Under the pieces are notes generated by a model that saw only the letters and a list, made by a program, of their open reading frames with translations, did no database searches and was not told the DNA's origin. Below are positions 28,051 to 42,500 of a stretch of 64,000 bases of DNA, piece after piece. The position numbers were made by a program, and so were the translations under genes. The stretch covers positions 4,464,001-4,528,000 of the forward strand of contig NC_081332.1 of assembly GCF_022539665.2 (NCBI RefSeq). The letters run 5' to 3'. This stretch comes from Daphnia carinata (lineage: Eukaryota). The stretch's first letter is position 1. Each line of letters starts with the position of its first letter.

Positions 28051-28974
28051 TTTGGCCACTTAAACTTGCCTTTGAAACTGCGCAATAATCTGGGAGTACA
28101 CCGCATTTTTATAGAGAACGTTGTTTCACTATTAGATGTGCGCGACAAATACACGCTACAAGCTGTATCCGCATCCGTGTTTACGAACATTTGGCTTAGT
28201 GCAAATAACTAACGCAGGTGCCTTCCAATATCCATGATGCGCTGTGTCTGACGCAAGCATTTGTTTGCGGAATGCCTACGTGTTCGCGCTTTGTGTCCAA
28301 TTATAGTAGATTGTTGAACCGCTTTGCCGGGAATGCTGGTGCATCTGTCACGAGAAGAACAATTTTAATGCGCACTCTACAAGCAAATCGAACTATATCC
28401 TGTTCTCTTTCCCCCCGCTGTCCAAATATACTTTGGACGTAAAGTTTTTTATGACACCTGTCTGCTACACAGCTTGCCATAGACAGCATAGAAGGCCACT
28501 TGTGCCAGTTGGTAAAATGGACATGCTTTAGCGCTGGTTGTTTTTTCACGGGAGTTTTATGTTCGTTGGGTGTGTTCTGATTCCAATGTAAAAATTGTGT
28601 AAATATGCTTTTAAAATAATTCAATTATTATTATTTTTAATGTTTAGTGTATCGCCCGATTCCGCTTGGCTAAAATGTACGACAGCATCGGTGGCAGCAG
28701 TGGACGGTGAAATTTTGGGGTGAGTGATGTTTTTTTTTATTATTCATTTTCCCACCGTATCCGATCAGATCACAGAACACTAAGCAGTCGATGAGAAACG
28801 ATTGTTTATTCTTTCGAAATATTTGCTTGCTGAACACCATCTTGCGATGGTGCAACCCATGCCCTCCACCGCACCAATTATATGTATGTATATATATTTT
28901 CCCCTTACGGATTAATAATTCTTCAGAATGATCACTGTTGTGGCTTTCCCTCTCCTCTTAAAATCCTCCGTCGC

Positions 28975-31843
28975 TTAAGAGGTGTCTTCACCTGAAATAC
29001 TTTCCTCCGAAGCAACCGAGATAGGCGTGTTGCTGTAGAACTTGTTAAAGTCAATACCTCGAATGTTACTGCAGGCAACTGGAGCATTTAGGCTAGAAGA
29101 TAATTCATGATATTAGAACTTTTTTTTATCTTCTTTTGAAGGTTGTAGTAAATTTCTACCTGCTTGGGCTGCGGAAGGCTTTTGGTTGGATAGTAGTGAC
29201 TGTTCCGTCATTGTTATCGCAGACGATGCGGGCAAGGCTTACCTTCCTGATTTCGTGTAGTTGACCTGGTGGTGTTTAAAATATCATAAGTAAATTTGAA
29301 GATAGTTTTTTTGCGCGTGCGTTGTTATATTACGGCCGGTAAACGAAACGGATTTTGTCAAATCGCTGTAAAAGAAACGATCTGCCCGCTTGAGGTTCTC
29401 GAATTGCTTGGCGATGATGTAACCAAACGTGGGTCCTACGGCAGCGTATGGCATGAGCTTCTCTGTCACTCCACCGATGTACAAATCGATGTCCTGTACT
29501 GATTCGTACACGCGCTTCAAGCTATTGATGACCTAAAGGGGAAAAAATGCGTTTTTGAAATGTTTGCGCGCTAATATATTTTAATTTTAATTAAGCGGGA
29601 TAAAATTCTATGGCGGCGGAAACATAACGTTTCCTCACTTGGTCTGAGTGCGTAGACTTGAGCTCATCAAACGTAGTGGGTAGTGGCCCCGTAATCCCAA
29701 GAGCGATTTGCCGGGCTTTAACGTAAGTTGGGAGACCTTTAGGGATTGTAAAACAGTTAATTTAGAGCTGTCCATTTCAAATTTCATTTTCGTTATCAAT
29801 CGAGTTTTAAATGATCTACCGTGATCTCGGCCGCGTTGCATGTTGATTGAAATCAAGTCACCACCTAAAGTGGTGCTTGATGCCCTGTATTTTTCATTAA
29901 ATCAAATTGTGTTTTATTTAAATTTCTAATTTGGCCGATTTGAGCTAGAACAAAAACTAACCGGAATAGTTGGCTGGTGACATCGTCGGCAAAACAGTTG
30001 TCCACAGCGTTAACAAGGTTTCGCGAAAGACCGCGCAGGGCGTTGTCGATGAAAGTCGGATTTAGAAGACGGGTTGCGGAGTTGAACGAGTTTGCGAGAA
30101 GGTAACTTTGAGGACTTTCACTGCCATCAGCCTCGTAAAGCCTAGCAACGGTGGTAGTGAGTTTTAGTCGTGTGAAAAGAGCGGATCTCAAAACGATGAA
30201 AGATTTACTTTATGAAGCTCTTCACCATAGAATGACCCATTCGGTAGGCAGCAGTGGCGAACTCGTTGAAAATGGCTGGATTGCTTTGGCCATTTTGATC
30301 TATCGCATTTGGAAATATAGCTAGACGACCTATTTCAAAATTCAATAATCGTTTAGCGTGTGTCTTTTATTGACTCGATCGTTATGGGCAGAGAGAAAAA
30401 TTACCAAGAATAACTGGGAGATACTCGTGGTATGTGATATGCTGGAATTCAGCAATAATGATGCGACGGGCCTCTTGGTAATAGAACTCATCGGATTTGT
30501 TCGAGCCGAATCTGTCATACAGAGCCTTAGCCACCCGGTTATGTTCACGAAGCCACAAGGTGTGCATGATCGTAAGCAGCGGCTGTTCTCGCACTCTGCT
30601 ATCGCCTGTTGTTGCAAATGTTTTGATTTTTCTAAACGATTTTCAGTGATCTCGAGATTTACGATAACCAAGGGATTTGAAGCTGCCGATTACATACTAT
30701 TTAGAGAATATCGTTTTCGATTTACCTGCGACGAAGCAATCAGAGCAGGCTCGGTGAAATTGGCAGAAGGACTTTGCCATTCTGAATGGAAACTGCCAAT
30801 AGACCTTTGCCTGAGCTTGGATCGCGCAGAGATTGCGCAGATGCGGCGTCATTTCCGTAAATTTGCGAGCCGTCGATCCAGTGAGTCAATCTGTTGATCT
30901 AAGTTAGGTAAATCAGCGCAACGGTTCAGTGTTAAAAATATATTCTGAAGCGAGACTGAGGACTGCGAAGTACCTGTTCTCTGCTTGATGGTGTGGTGCC
31001 ATCGAGATTCAATCCGAAGGCATTGCGAACCATATTCATGCAATTAGCATTAACGTAGACGGGGTCGTTACTCGGGATAGGGATGTGCAAGCATTCAGCA
31101 TTGGGGTTGGCCGTCGCGTTCCCGAAACGTCCTCCGTCGCAACAACCTCCAGCTGTGCGTCCAAAATTTAATTAATACGTCACAATCGGAACACGCGCGT
31201 CTTCTTTTAATTGAATTCTTTCTTACCCACTGCAAAAGCTCTTCCCTGAGTTAAGTCGTGATCCATGAATTGACCCCATTGCATAGTAAACAAGACAGCA
31301 TCGTTGTTCGTAATAGTGTCGTTGGTAAGCACAGTGGTAGAAACCAAACGAGTGCTCGGCAAAGAGGCGCCTGATTGGGCCAAACGGACTGCTGAAACAC
31401 CTGCGCATTGATTTAGCCAATATGTTGATCAGCTAATGCACGTGCACAGTTGGTACTCAATTAAAAATATTAGGCTCTCCCGTCTTACCGTCAGCGTAGT
31501 TAGCAGGGCCCATCAGTCTCTGGAAAATGGTGTTTGCTTGACCATAGCGTGGGTTGTTCAAATTGTTGCACGTTCCGTCGAAGCTGCGGTACGGATAAGT
31601 GGGATCGCATGCTGCTGGGGCTATTGGTAATGGTGCCTGTCTGTTCGACGCGTCTCCGTTGGCTGACTATTGATCAGTAAACGAAAAGCAAAATTTAGGC
31701 AAATTAGATTGAATAATTCGTTTTCACATATATTCGATACGAACTCAAACATAATTTTTGAAAATTATCTTAATGCAAATAATATACTTTACCGAAATTG
31801 TGCCAGTTGCTACTGCGAGTAAGATCAAAATGACGAATGCCAT
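28975..31843 (-). CDS. Secreted animal heme peroxidase, tandem copy 3
   Basis: Same exon layout. [17 protein letters not shown] and YRMGHS, plus a short acidic C-terminal extension. TATA box near 31900. Confidence 0.92.
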
Positions 31844-33232
31844 TACTGTCGTGTAAAGTTGTCGTCGACACTAAATTTTGCCAAGTGAATATCCCCTATT
31901 ATATACAGAATTCAAATTCGACGTTGAAGGGCAAACGGGTGCCACGTTAGCACCCAGATCCGGCTTCATACGGATGAACGATTAACCAAAAACATTCGGT
32001 TTGCACTTAAGTGTTACCAGATGCGTCTAGATATTTTGTTGGATACCGTTTGTTAGACTGCGTGCGTTTTTTTTTTCGGTCATTGACGTTGGTTTACACC
32101 TTTTTTGCCCATTTGCCATATTGTTGTTGAGTTGTTTTTTTGGGGGGGGAGGAGGGGGGAGACGGGTGGATGAAGCAGGCATTTGTGCATTGGAACAAAC
32201 AAACGCAGCTATTAGAAAGTCACCATTGCGCTGCCTTTTTCTGTCACTAACAAAATTTTGCCATCTGTTTCGTGTTTGAAACATATACACAATATGCGTG
32301 GCTGGTATTGCAGGCGGTGATTCATCACGCACAGAGTGGATTGAATCTTCGTTCGAGTTGTCGATAAAACCCTAGCATGTGCGTGAATTAAATTCAGCAG
32401 GTTTTTGAAATAATTCGTTCCCTTTCGCTATTGGCTGTTCAGATATTTTTAATGGTACCATGATTTTCTCTGTCCCGTAATTCAACTTCAACCGGATACA
32501 GACGTGTGCGTACGTATGCACTACGCCCCGTGTCGCTCATTGCGCTACTCTAGAAAACTGATGACGTCAATGTGAATCATTCTTAATGTGTACTAAAGAT
32601 TACGGTTCGTTGCAATACGCAAGGCCAGTCTTTTTTTTTTTTTTTTTAATCGAACAACTGCGATGTCGACCATACAGCGCAAGTAGCTGCCAAAGAGATC
32701 GCAAACAGTGTCACTTTTGTCGCTTTTTATTCGGTTTATTCCGATTTTTTTAACTAATTTACCCCGATTTTATTTTATGATACCCGTTAGACAAAAAAAA
32801 ATTTTATTAAAATTGTTTGTGCTACAAAATGAATTTCTCAGTAGATTCCCTATTTTTTAAATTGGCGCCATTTAAGCCGCCATTTAAACGAATGGCAGTT
32901 GGTGGACCCGGTTTACCCAGAAAATTCGGTGTAACCCACCTAGATTGGAAATTTTTTTAAATTGAATCGCCCAAAATCAACTTTTTACCCATAGGTAACT
33001 CGTTTTTTTGCACACCGGGGCGGGTCGACAACTCCACAACGATAGAGAAATGTGGCACCGCTGCTAATTTGATTTTCAGTTTTGAGCAGCAGAAGACACA
33101 AGCCATTGTTTGTTGAGTTGATTGCTTGAATTTTCCTGGCAAGGTTTTTGCTTTGTTTTTCTATGCTAGCGTACAGTTTTTTATCGTTTTGTCTCGTTTC
33201 CATGAGTTTTCGAACTCTTAAGATTCGTGTTG

Positions 33233-35484
33233 ATGCAGCCCCAAATAGAAAGCTACCACAGGATGAACGACAACTTGAATTTTAACGTCATTTCGAATGC
33301 CCAGCAGACCTTCCAGACGTTAGGCTATGGGTTGCCACAAGGAGGCTTACAACCCAATTTCCAATATGTGTGCAATTCGGGTTTTCAGTTTCAAAATAAT
33401 GTTCAAGGAATGGATTTCTGTCTTCCAAATCAACAACTTATACCAGCAGCTGGCCAAACCTATGCTTGCATTAATCAAAATGGGATGACATATTTGGCAA
33501 TCACGCCAAGTGTGCAACAACCATCGACCCAGTGCTATCAAGCAATCGAGACGCCTCAGGGTCTGCAATTGTTTCAAGTGATCAACAACCCAGTAAACTT
33601 TGGTCAGTTATGTGTTCAGAGTATTCCACAACCTCAAGGTTTCCTTCCCCAGTTCACACCTTTTCCACAAGAAGCTGTTGGTTTGCATTCAAGTCCCCCA
33701 GAAACTTCAGGTAACCATACGTCTCCATCATCTGTGCACGAATATCAACAGAATAATCCCATTCAAGATTCAAACACAACAAACGAACAAAACCTTTACC
33801 AAGATTATGAATGTGAACAAACAGATGAAGACACACCTCAAGAACCAAGCAGTCTTGAAGAGTGCCAAGATTCTGAGATGAATAAAAATCTCACAAGGGG
33901 TGAAGATCCATTAAGTGCACTCACTTCCCTGACATCATCAATTTCTTCACCAATGACAAATATCCCAAATTCAAATATGATCGACATGTATAAAAATATT
34001 CAAAATCCCATGGTCCCTCATATTTCGATGCCATCTCTTGGCACTCAAATGGGGGCACACGAAGCACCAACACTTTCGGATCAACAGTTTCCTCCCAACA
34101 CACGAACATTTCAGGTTTTGGTCCCAACACCTCAAGGTAATTTCCTATAAGTTTCTTTTTATTCATTGAATTTATCGTTCTATATTTTACATTTAGGAAT
34201 GGCTATTCAAACTGTGGTAGCCAGTTACCCCGAGAGCTTCTCACCAATAGTTAATGAGATACCAGTTGTCAGAAACGCTCCCTTCTTGAATTCGGAACCT
34301 GATTTGACTACAAATTCGGTATCTCTACCTGCACCGAACCCTTCGATAAAATCTATAGTTCCTGATACCAGTCAAGCCAACCAAGAAACTGCTCCTATCG
34401 TCCCTCCAAACCGATTGGTAAACGATACAGTCGTCGTTTCCGCCCCGGCAACTCCTGCACTTCAAGTAAAATCAGTTACTAGTCCGTCTCACTGTACCAA
34501 CGGTAATTTATATTAAATGTGAATCTTGTACAAAAATTTCGCTAATACAATGACTTTGTTAGCAAACAACCAAGAGATGTGTTCGGGATCGGAATCTACT
34601 GCAACCTCACCTGTGCCAAAAGCCACTCCATCAGTCCCGGGACCTATGCCATCTCCACATTATTTACCGGACTCAACTGAAGATCTTTGTAAGATATATT
34701 GTAAACATACTGAAGCCAACTATTTTAATTGCGTAACCTGATTTTCAATAGGTCAAACTACGATAAAACAGTTTACGTCTAATGTAGTTGACGGTATAGA
34801 TCTAGAAGAGATTCGTGAATTTGCACGTACCTTCAAAATGCGTCGGCTAGTCCTCGGGTTGACGCAAACTCAGGTTGGTCAAGCTCTTTGTGCCACTGAA
34901 GGCCCAGCATATAGTCAATCGGCAATATGCAGGTAACCATACGACTAAACAATTATTTGCGCCATTTGAATTTGTTTATGATGCATTGATAATGAGGTTT
35001 GAGAAGTTGGACATCACTCCACGCAGTGCCTTAAAGATTCGGCCGGTACTTGAAAATTGGCTACGCGAAGCGGAAAAGAAACATCAACAGGGAAATCTGC
35101 AACAGCTCGCTGGATTGGATTACATTAACATTTCGTCCATCGGCAAGATCCGCAAACGACGGACTTTCTTTAGCCCAGAAGCGCTGGTGGTACTGAATTG
35201 CCGATTCGAACAAAGTTCTCATCCATCAGGTCATTATCCGAAACTTCGTATGGTAACTTGTATAAATGCGTTAACATTTTCATTTATATTAATGTTTTGT
35301 AGGACGGGAGATAAGTAATATCGCTCAAGAGATCGGTTACGAGCGTGACGTTGTCCGCGTTTGGTTTTGTAACAAACGGCAATCGCTAAAGCATTGCCAA
35401 TCGTTCCAACGGACTCGTGTTAATCTCAAATCATCCGATTTAATTGGGTCAGACAGCCGCTCAACCTCACCGATCCCGCAATGA
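33233..35484 (+). CDS. Class VI POU-domain transcription factor (POU6F/pdm3-like), divergent
   Basis: Q/P-rich N-terminus. POU-specific domain [55 protein letters not shown]. Homeodomain [12 protein letters not shown]...HPSG...[13 protein letters not shown]. Confidence 0.9.
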
Positions 35485-36564
35485 AAAATTATAGAGATAG
35501 TCGTTTCAATTTTACGTTAAATTCTTTTTCAGAAGTTCCTCGTTATTATTTAATTAATTTTTTCTCCTCTTACCAGTGCCGTGATGTCGTGTTATTTGCA
35601 GCAGACATTTGTCGTTGTTTGTTAATTCTGTAGAAAGCCATCCCGGTCAGATTATCTTTGGGGATGTTTCATCCCTGCCATGTTCAAGTCGCACAAAGCA
35701 GAGCAGCCAAATAATTCTCAGTGAATCCTTCCACTTGTGTTCATTAGATAAGCCGTATTTTTTAAATACATATTTCACTTGCCCCTCTTTTTTGAAAACC
35801 TTTTTCTCGTCCTACAGGTAACGAGGTCTTAAAAAAAATCAAATAAAGGGAACTGAAATCGAAATTGCTGGACGCGATGAACTCAATCTGTTGCTCCGAG
35901 CCCGTGGTTTTGACTTTGATGGAAAGGAAACCCATAAGGTTATGTTATTATTCCCCGCCCTGTAACACACATTGTGAATAATTTCTACGTACCAGCTGAT
36001 CTTTCTTAGAAAAAGAGTCATGACGTCATCCTTGTCTACGTCTCGCCTACGTCGTTGGATGGGCGTGCGATGCTCCTTCGTCGGAAGTTACTCTTTTAAG
36101 TTCGTTTTGGCGCTTCCTCGTGAAATCTAAACATTTTTGGCGTTTCCGGAACTAGCACGTGGTGTGATGCACCAACACGGACGGGCAGGTTTTCGTTTAC
36201 AAAAAAAAAAGAACAGAGTCACGTAGAAGAGCAGAGAAGAAAACAGTGAAAAACTGTGGGGCCTGGAACGCTATCAGTAAAAAAAAAGACAAGAAGGAAC
36301 GAGCGAGAAATCTATTTTTACCTCGTCGAGAAGTAAAAGAGATGCTGCGTCGACTGACTAGCCAGCAGACATTTGCGAGTCGGCTAGCGGACGAAACATC
36401 ATCCGCGTAGCCCTTAACAAGAGTGGTGTTTCAATTATTTATTTCCCTTTCACAAGTTGAACTAATTCACCTTTTCCTGGTGTACGTTGATTCTGATCAG
36501 CCGGTGCCCTTTCGTATTTATCTTCGATTGTCGAAAAAAGGAAGGAAACTAGACCTTTAACGAA

Positions 36565-39500
36565 ATGGATCCAGACGATTATGATGTGGCTATCGGGACT
36601 GGAGTCGACACGACCCTGAGCGGGTTGGAAGAACGCCGGCCGCTGACCTTGCTACAGCTGCCCGGGGAAGGCGGCGACGCATCCACGCGGTCGTCTATGT
36701 CCGATCTCGGGTCACCGATCTACGAACGCCGTTCACGACATGACATTGTAAGTCTGAATTTTTTTTTTTAAATTATTTTGAAATTCCCATCCCCTATATT
36801 TGTTCCCAATGACCATGCCGTATTCGATAAAAGACGCATCATTTTGACGGACACGCACATGACCTTGAGCGCCCCACACCGTCGTCGACCCGCCGGTTCC
36901 TATTTTTACCGTTGAAGTCACGCGCGTATTCGTGCGTTGTACCGTCAACGTACCCGTGATTCCCGTTTTCCGAATACCATTCATTCGTTCCGCATTAAAA
37001 GAAACAATCCATCGCCGGATGACTTTCGTTTCGAAATTAAGAACTTGATCAATCATTTGATTTTTCTTTTCGATTTTCGTCGTCAACCGATTTTCAGCTA
37101 CAAATGTATATCTTAGTAGTAAAAATAGCTATTCATTTGTAAGCGTCGGCGCATCTTGGCTACATCCTCCGAAGTTCTTTTTTCTTTATTTTTTGGACGC
37201 TGGTCCGAAGACCAAGACTGACACATAATCAACTGCTTTAAAACCAGTTGTGTCTCGTTTGATTTTTGTCCTGTTGCTGGCGAGAATCTCGCCACCTAAA
37301 CGTTTTCAGTACAACGGAAAACTTTCCCAGTTTTCTTCTTCTATCTTTAGCTGATTAGGTCTAGCTTACCTAACCTTGCAGTCGATAAGCATTTGAACGG
37401 GATAGTAGCTTAATAACAGTAGTCTATTAGGAGGACTTTGCCTTCAATGGAAAGAAGCCAGACTGATTGTTAGATCAAGTGCACAATCCATCACGTCTTT
37501 TCCGCCAAACCTTGGTCTTGACTACGGTTTTTTTTTGCAGTTAAAAGGGTAGGAGATCGTTGAACAGGATAGCGTGATTCGGCAATTGAACAGAGGAAAT
37601 CTCAATCCCTTGTTTATCGATAGAGCGACCCAAACGATTACCATGTCCAGCAGTGTGCTTTAATTGAACGCCCTCGTCGTCCTTGACGCGTTTCCCGTTT
37701 GTGAGTTGCTATGCTCTACTCCCATATGTGTTTTTAACGAGTAGAATCCGTCAGTCGTCTTGAGATTTCTCAAAGCTAACCAATTTATTCAGTTTGTCGT
37801 CTGATTTGTTGCCCTATCAGCGACATGGGGCGAGAGTTAGTGGTGTCACTCATCCGTCTCCAACTCACCACATGTCAAGCGTATATTTTATTTCGTGAAC
37901 AATGAACTTTGATAACGCCCGTAACAATAAGGGAGTCTAGCAAAAACAACCGCTGTTTTGTAACGATCGCTTTCGACCATATGGGAAATGTAAAATCATA
38001 TTTTCTAACTGAAGCAGGAACGTGAGAGCAATGGATGAATTGCCTGACCTACAAAAAGAGCAATGCGTCGGATTGTGTAACACCGCCGATAAATGGGTGC
38101 ATTTACCACCGTGCACGCGTTCCAAGATCTTGTTTGAACGCCCTTTGAAGCGAACTATTCGATCTCTGGGCATTCTCGTTCAGATAAAGAATCGTTAAGA
38201 CAAGTCTACGAACTATTGGGGTCCATTCGAGAAGTTGTAATTGTAATTCTACACAGTTCGAAAGTAGCTGCTCTCGTACCGGTTTCGTTTGTTGTTTCGA
38301 CGAGCTCAGCACTTAGCGCCATATCCTTCCGATCGCTGTTCAACGCAATCTAGTCTCGCTAGCGGCGTTTGACGAGTGCATTTTCAACAAGAACAAGTTT
38401 AAAAATTCGATGGTTTAATCAAATAGAGTTGTTTCGCAACAGCAAGATCGAAATTCCAAAACAAATTTTTTACTGGAAAACGACTAAAAACGGGGGAGAA
38501 ATCCTTTGCGACCTGGGCACCATAGACACACTGTGCGTGACTCTAGAGCTTTATTGATTAGCGGTCCGTAGGTTCTGCGCGAAGTGAGACACTCCCGCGT
38601 TGATTCCCTTCTTCAAAGTTCTAGACGCCGTCTGCTCGCCTTCTCTAACGCGTGTTCACGTGTACCTACGAATTTACGTCACTCCGTAGTTCTATTCAGT
38701 TGATTAGACGAATTCCCATTTCGAAAATGGGGATGGGAGATAAGGTAAGATGAAAATTCCAAGTTTACCGATATAGGACATGTCATTTGCTTTTTCCCCT
38801 GTCGTTGTTTTTAGTTTCACCGTGAACGTTTGTTGCGACGCCATGTATTTATCACGTACGACGTGGCATTCCCGACTCCCGATCGACTGATCGAATAACT
38901 TACTCCGCCGTTAGATGTCTTTCGACTCGAACAAAAAAGTCCCACCTAATTTAAAATTCGAAAACGATCTCAAACGTAGGGGTAACGAATAACAAAACTT
39001 TCTTTTCACGGGCTTCTTCCTCGTAAAAAAGCGTATAGCATTTTGGTGCGAACATTCATGGCGTTTTGGGCAGGAGTTGGCTGAATGCTTGATTCCAAGA
39101 CCGGGAGAAAGAGTGCCCTGAAGGTATAGTGTTGATTAGAGACTTGCTTCTTTTAGTTGTTGTTTCTACCTGTCTTACCTTGAGCGGTTTTTTTTTCTTT
39201 CCCGACATTCGAAAAGAAATGTTTTTTGGACGTGGTCTGCAGCTTTTTTGGTTTTTCGTGACTCGTTTCTAGATAGACTCAGTTCACTCTCGCTCGTCTC
39301 AGAGTACGATAGTGTTTTTACCTGTATTCTTACTGTCATCCCGATTTTTTTTTGGACTGAACGAAGACCTTCGTCTGCCAAAAATCACCATCTTTAAGGG
39401 ATAGCAAAAACGTTTCATTTTCCAATGCAGGTAAAGCATATCGATGTATTTTCTTTTTCCCCGTACAAACACCTGCCGTTTTAGCTGCTATGGGGTAAGC

Positions 39501-42500
39501 GGGTTTGCAATAGAAAGTGACCAATGCAACAGCCAGGACGAAAAAGCTGAGCGTGCATCGCTTCGTGAATTTTTCTCGAATGTAATTTCATCCTTTTATC
39601 CGGTCGCGCCACACATCACACGAGTTTTCAATCCAGAACAATCCACCCTGCGAGAGGATGGTAGCCGCTTCGGAAAATGTATCATTTTTATCGTTTCCAA
39701 GAGTCTGAAAAGGAAGCATTACGTTTCGTTTCATTTTTTGTTTGATGCCCTTTATACACTGGCATGTTTTCGTACAAATGCAATCGACGGCTAAAGTTGC
39801 GTCGTCGGGAGTCACGAGGCAAAGATTGGAGGCTTGTCGGCGTCGACCAATCAGAAAGTAACTCCCGACTGACGTCACAACCGCACCCACGTTCTTGGTG
39901 GCGCAAGTAGAGCGGACTTAAAAAAGCATACCCCCTCAACGTGATAACATTAACGAGTATTGTTGTCTACCGTGTATTCTTATTTAGTTTGATTATTTTA
40001 AAACATTCGCCTTTGGTGTCTCAGAAAGTTTTGCTTTTCGCAACCTTCTAGGAGTATTTGGTAACAGAAGGTTAACAAGTTTCAGCTTTTCGATGAGGGC
40101 AGTATCATCTCGATCATGATTGAGTCGTGAGATGTTCCCGCAGCAAGTATTTTTCCTGTTTGGAATGTCAGTTGATATTATGGCCCGATAAGCATTTAAT
40201 AGACTACTACGAGTGCCAAAAAGTTTCGAAAAAAAGATAACGAGGAATGTGCCACTGGCGCGCCTGATAAAACCCATATCCTTTTGATCTGCTATTTCTG
40301 TGAGGTCCTCAAATCCGTTGGCTGATCAACATCAATAGGTCCACTTTACGCGTCGAGAGCAGAGGCATGATGATGAAATAAGTGTATTCCGTTTGCAATA
40401 GTAACCTGCCCAGTAGGATTAGCCGAATCGGCTCAAACGCGCAGCACATGCGACTTCGATCACGTCGACGCCAACGTCCTGTGGGCTGCGCAGTTTTTCG
40501 CTCCGTTATAAAAGACAAATGGAACTGCCGAACCCGATGTCAGTATTGGTCCGACAGTCGATCTATTCGATAACATTCCACAGTGTGCAACCGTGCTCGT
40601 TTTTCTTTCCGTAGATTTTAAACTTCCCGCCATTGACTCCAGCCGTCAGACGATTTAACTAATGGCTTCCAACTTACAGGTGATTGGGAGTTTTCTTGCC
40701 ATTTATAGCAATGTCAGTGTTTGCCAGAATCAATGTCAACAAGTGCAAAAAAAGGAATGGCGTTGTTTGGTAAAACCCCCGTACGGCAGAACAAGTAGTG
40801 GAAGACGAATTGGTGTACGTGAAGTTCCGGCGGATCGATACTACATAGGCGTGACGTCTTTTCGTTCACGTTGAAGGTCGTTTGGCGCGATGTCGGACCC
40901 ACTCTCTTTGATCCAGCTACAACAACCCTTTTTTTGTTTTGTTTTCCATACCGCCGATTTCATTTTGTTGTTTCAACTGCACGTCTGTCAGTCGGACAGG
41001 AAATGTTTCCAAGGTTTATCAAGGCTATCGGCCGTCCTAGCGGAGACATATCCTTGAATTCCTATTTCCGACAGGCTTGCTGGGCGAGACGTTGAATGGG
41101 AAATTAAAGCTTCCCTGAAAATACCATGAATAACCATATCCGTTGTTTTCTGGTCTTTTTATAGGGTTTGAACGGACGTTTGGCGTTTGCCATTGCGGCG
41201 GCGGCCCTAGGATCGGCCTTCCAGCATGGTTATAACATCGGCGTCGTCAACGCACCCGGCGAGGTATAAATATCTCTTACTATTATGTTTCTTTTTCTAC
41301 CAATCTTATTGTATTTTTTTTGTTTTTATTCGCTCCACTATGATTTTTTAATAGCTTATCCGAACATGGATCAACGATTCACATTATAACCGAACAGGTG
41401 AATCCTTGTCGTCACCAGCAGTCACTCTTATTTGGTCATGGGCAGTGTCAGTATTCTGCATCGGTGGTATTATCGGAGGATCTTTAACCGGAATTTTGGC
41501 TGAACGCATGGGCAGGTTCGTGACAGAAACCATGATTGATTTGGTGTTCTGAGTTTCAACAATTTTTCCTTGTATGTTACTTTATCTTGTGCAATAGGAA
41601 AGGGGCGCTACTCTTCAACAATGTATTTGCCATCATTGGAGGTTTACTGGAAGCTTTCACTAAAACCGCCAATTCTTACGAAATGCTCATTGCCGGGCGA
41701 TTATTCATTGGAATCAATTGCGGCTTGAATGGTGGTTTAGCACCTATGTATCTCTCTGAGATCTCGCCCATCCACCTGCGTGGCGCTGTGAGTCATTTCT
41801 TTTCAGACAACTTTCACATATTGACGGTTCCAGTTTAGTATAACTTTCATTATTTATCCTTTTTTATATCATTAACTATAGGTTGGTACCGTATATCAAT
41901 TAGTTGTCACCATCTCGATTCTGGTGTCGCAAATTTTGGGTATGGAATCATTGCTTGGCACACCCACTCTGTGGCCTATTCTGCTTGGTTTGACCATTGT
42001 CCCGGCCGCTTATCAACTAATATCTTTGCCATTCTGCCCGGAGTCACCCAAATACACGCTGCTGAATAAGGGAAAAGAGATCGAGTCCCAACGAGGTCAG
42101 CATTGTGATTAGAAAGATTGATTATTTAGACGGGCGGTGACGTTCCCCGTTAAGGAAAGCAAAAGGCAACGTTTTATTTATTTATTTTTATTTGTTTGTT
42201 CGTTCAGCTTTAACCTGGCTGCGAGGGACGTTGGAGGTACATGATGAGATGGACGAAATGCGCGCTGAATTCGAAGCAATGAAACTGGTTCCCAAAACTA
42301 CTTTGAAGGAAATGTTAACAAACCCTTCTTTGCGTGCTCCAATGAATATCGCCGTGATGATGATGTTGGCACAGCAACTCTCTGGAATCAATGCCGTAAT
42401 TCTCCATAAAACTCGAATCCTCCAATATCACGACTAAACTCTTGTTTAATTATTACAACTACAGGTCATGTACTACTCTACCGACATTTTCATTTCGGCC

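Noticed and set aside
36790..40500. Short ORFs in the long Glut1 first intron
   Set aside because: No coding-like composition, domain or consistent exon chain.
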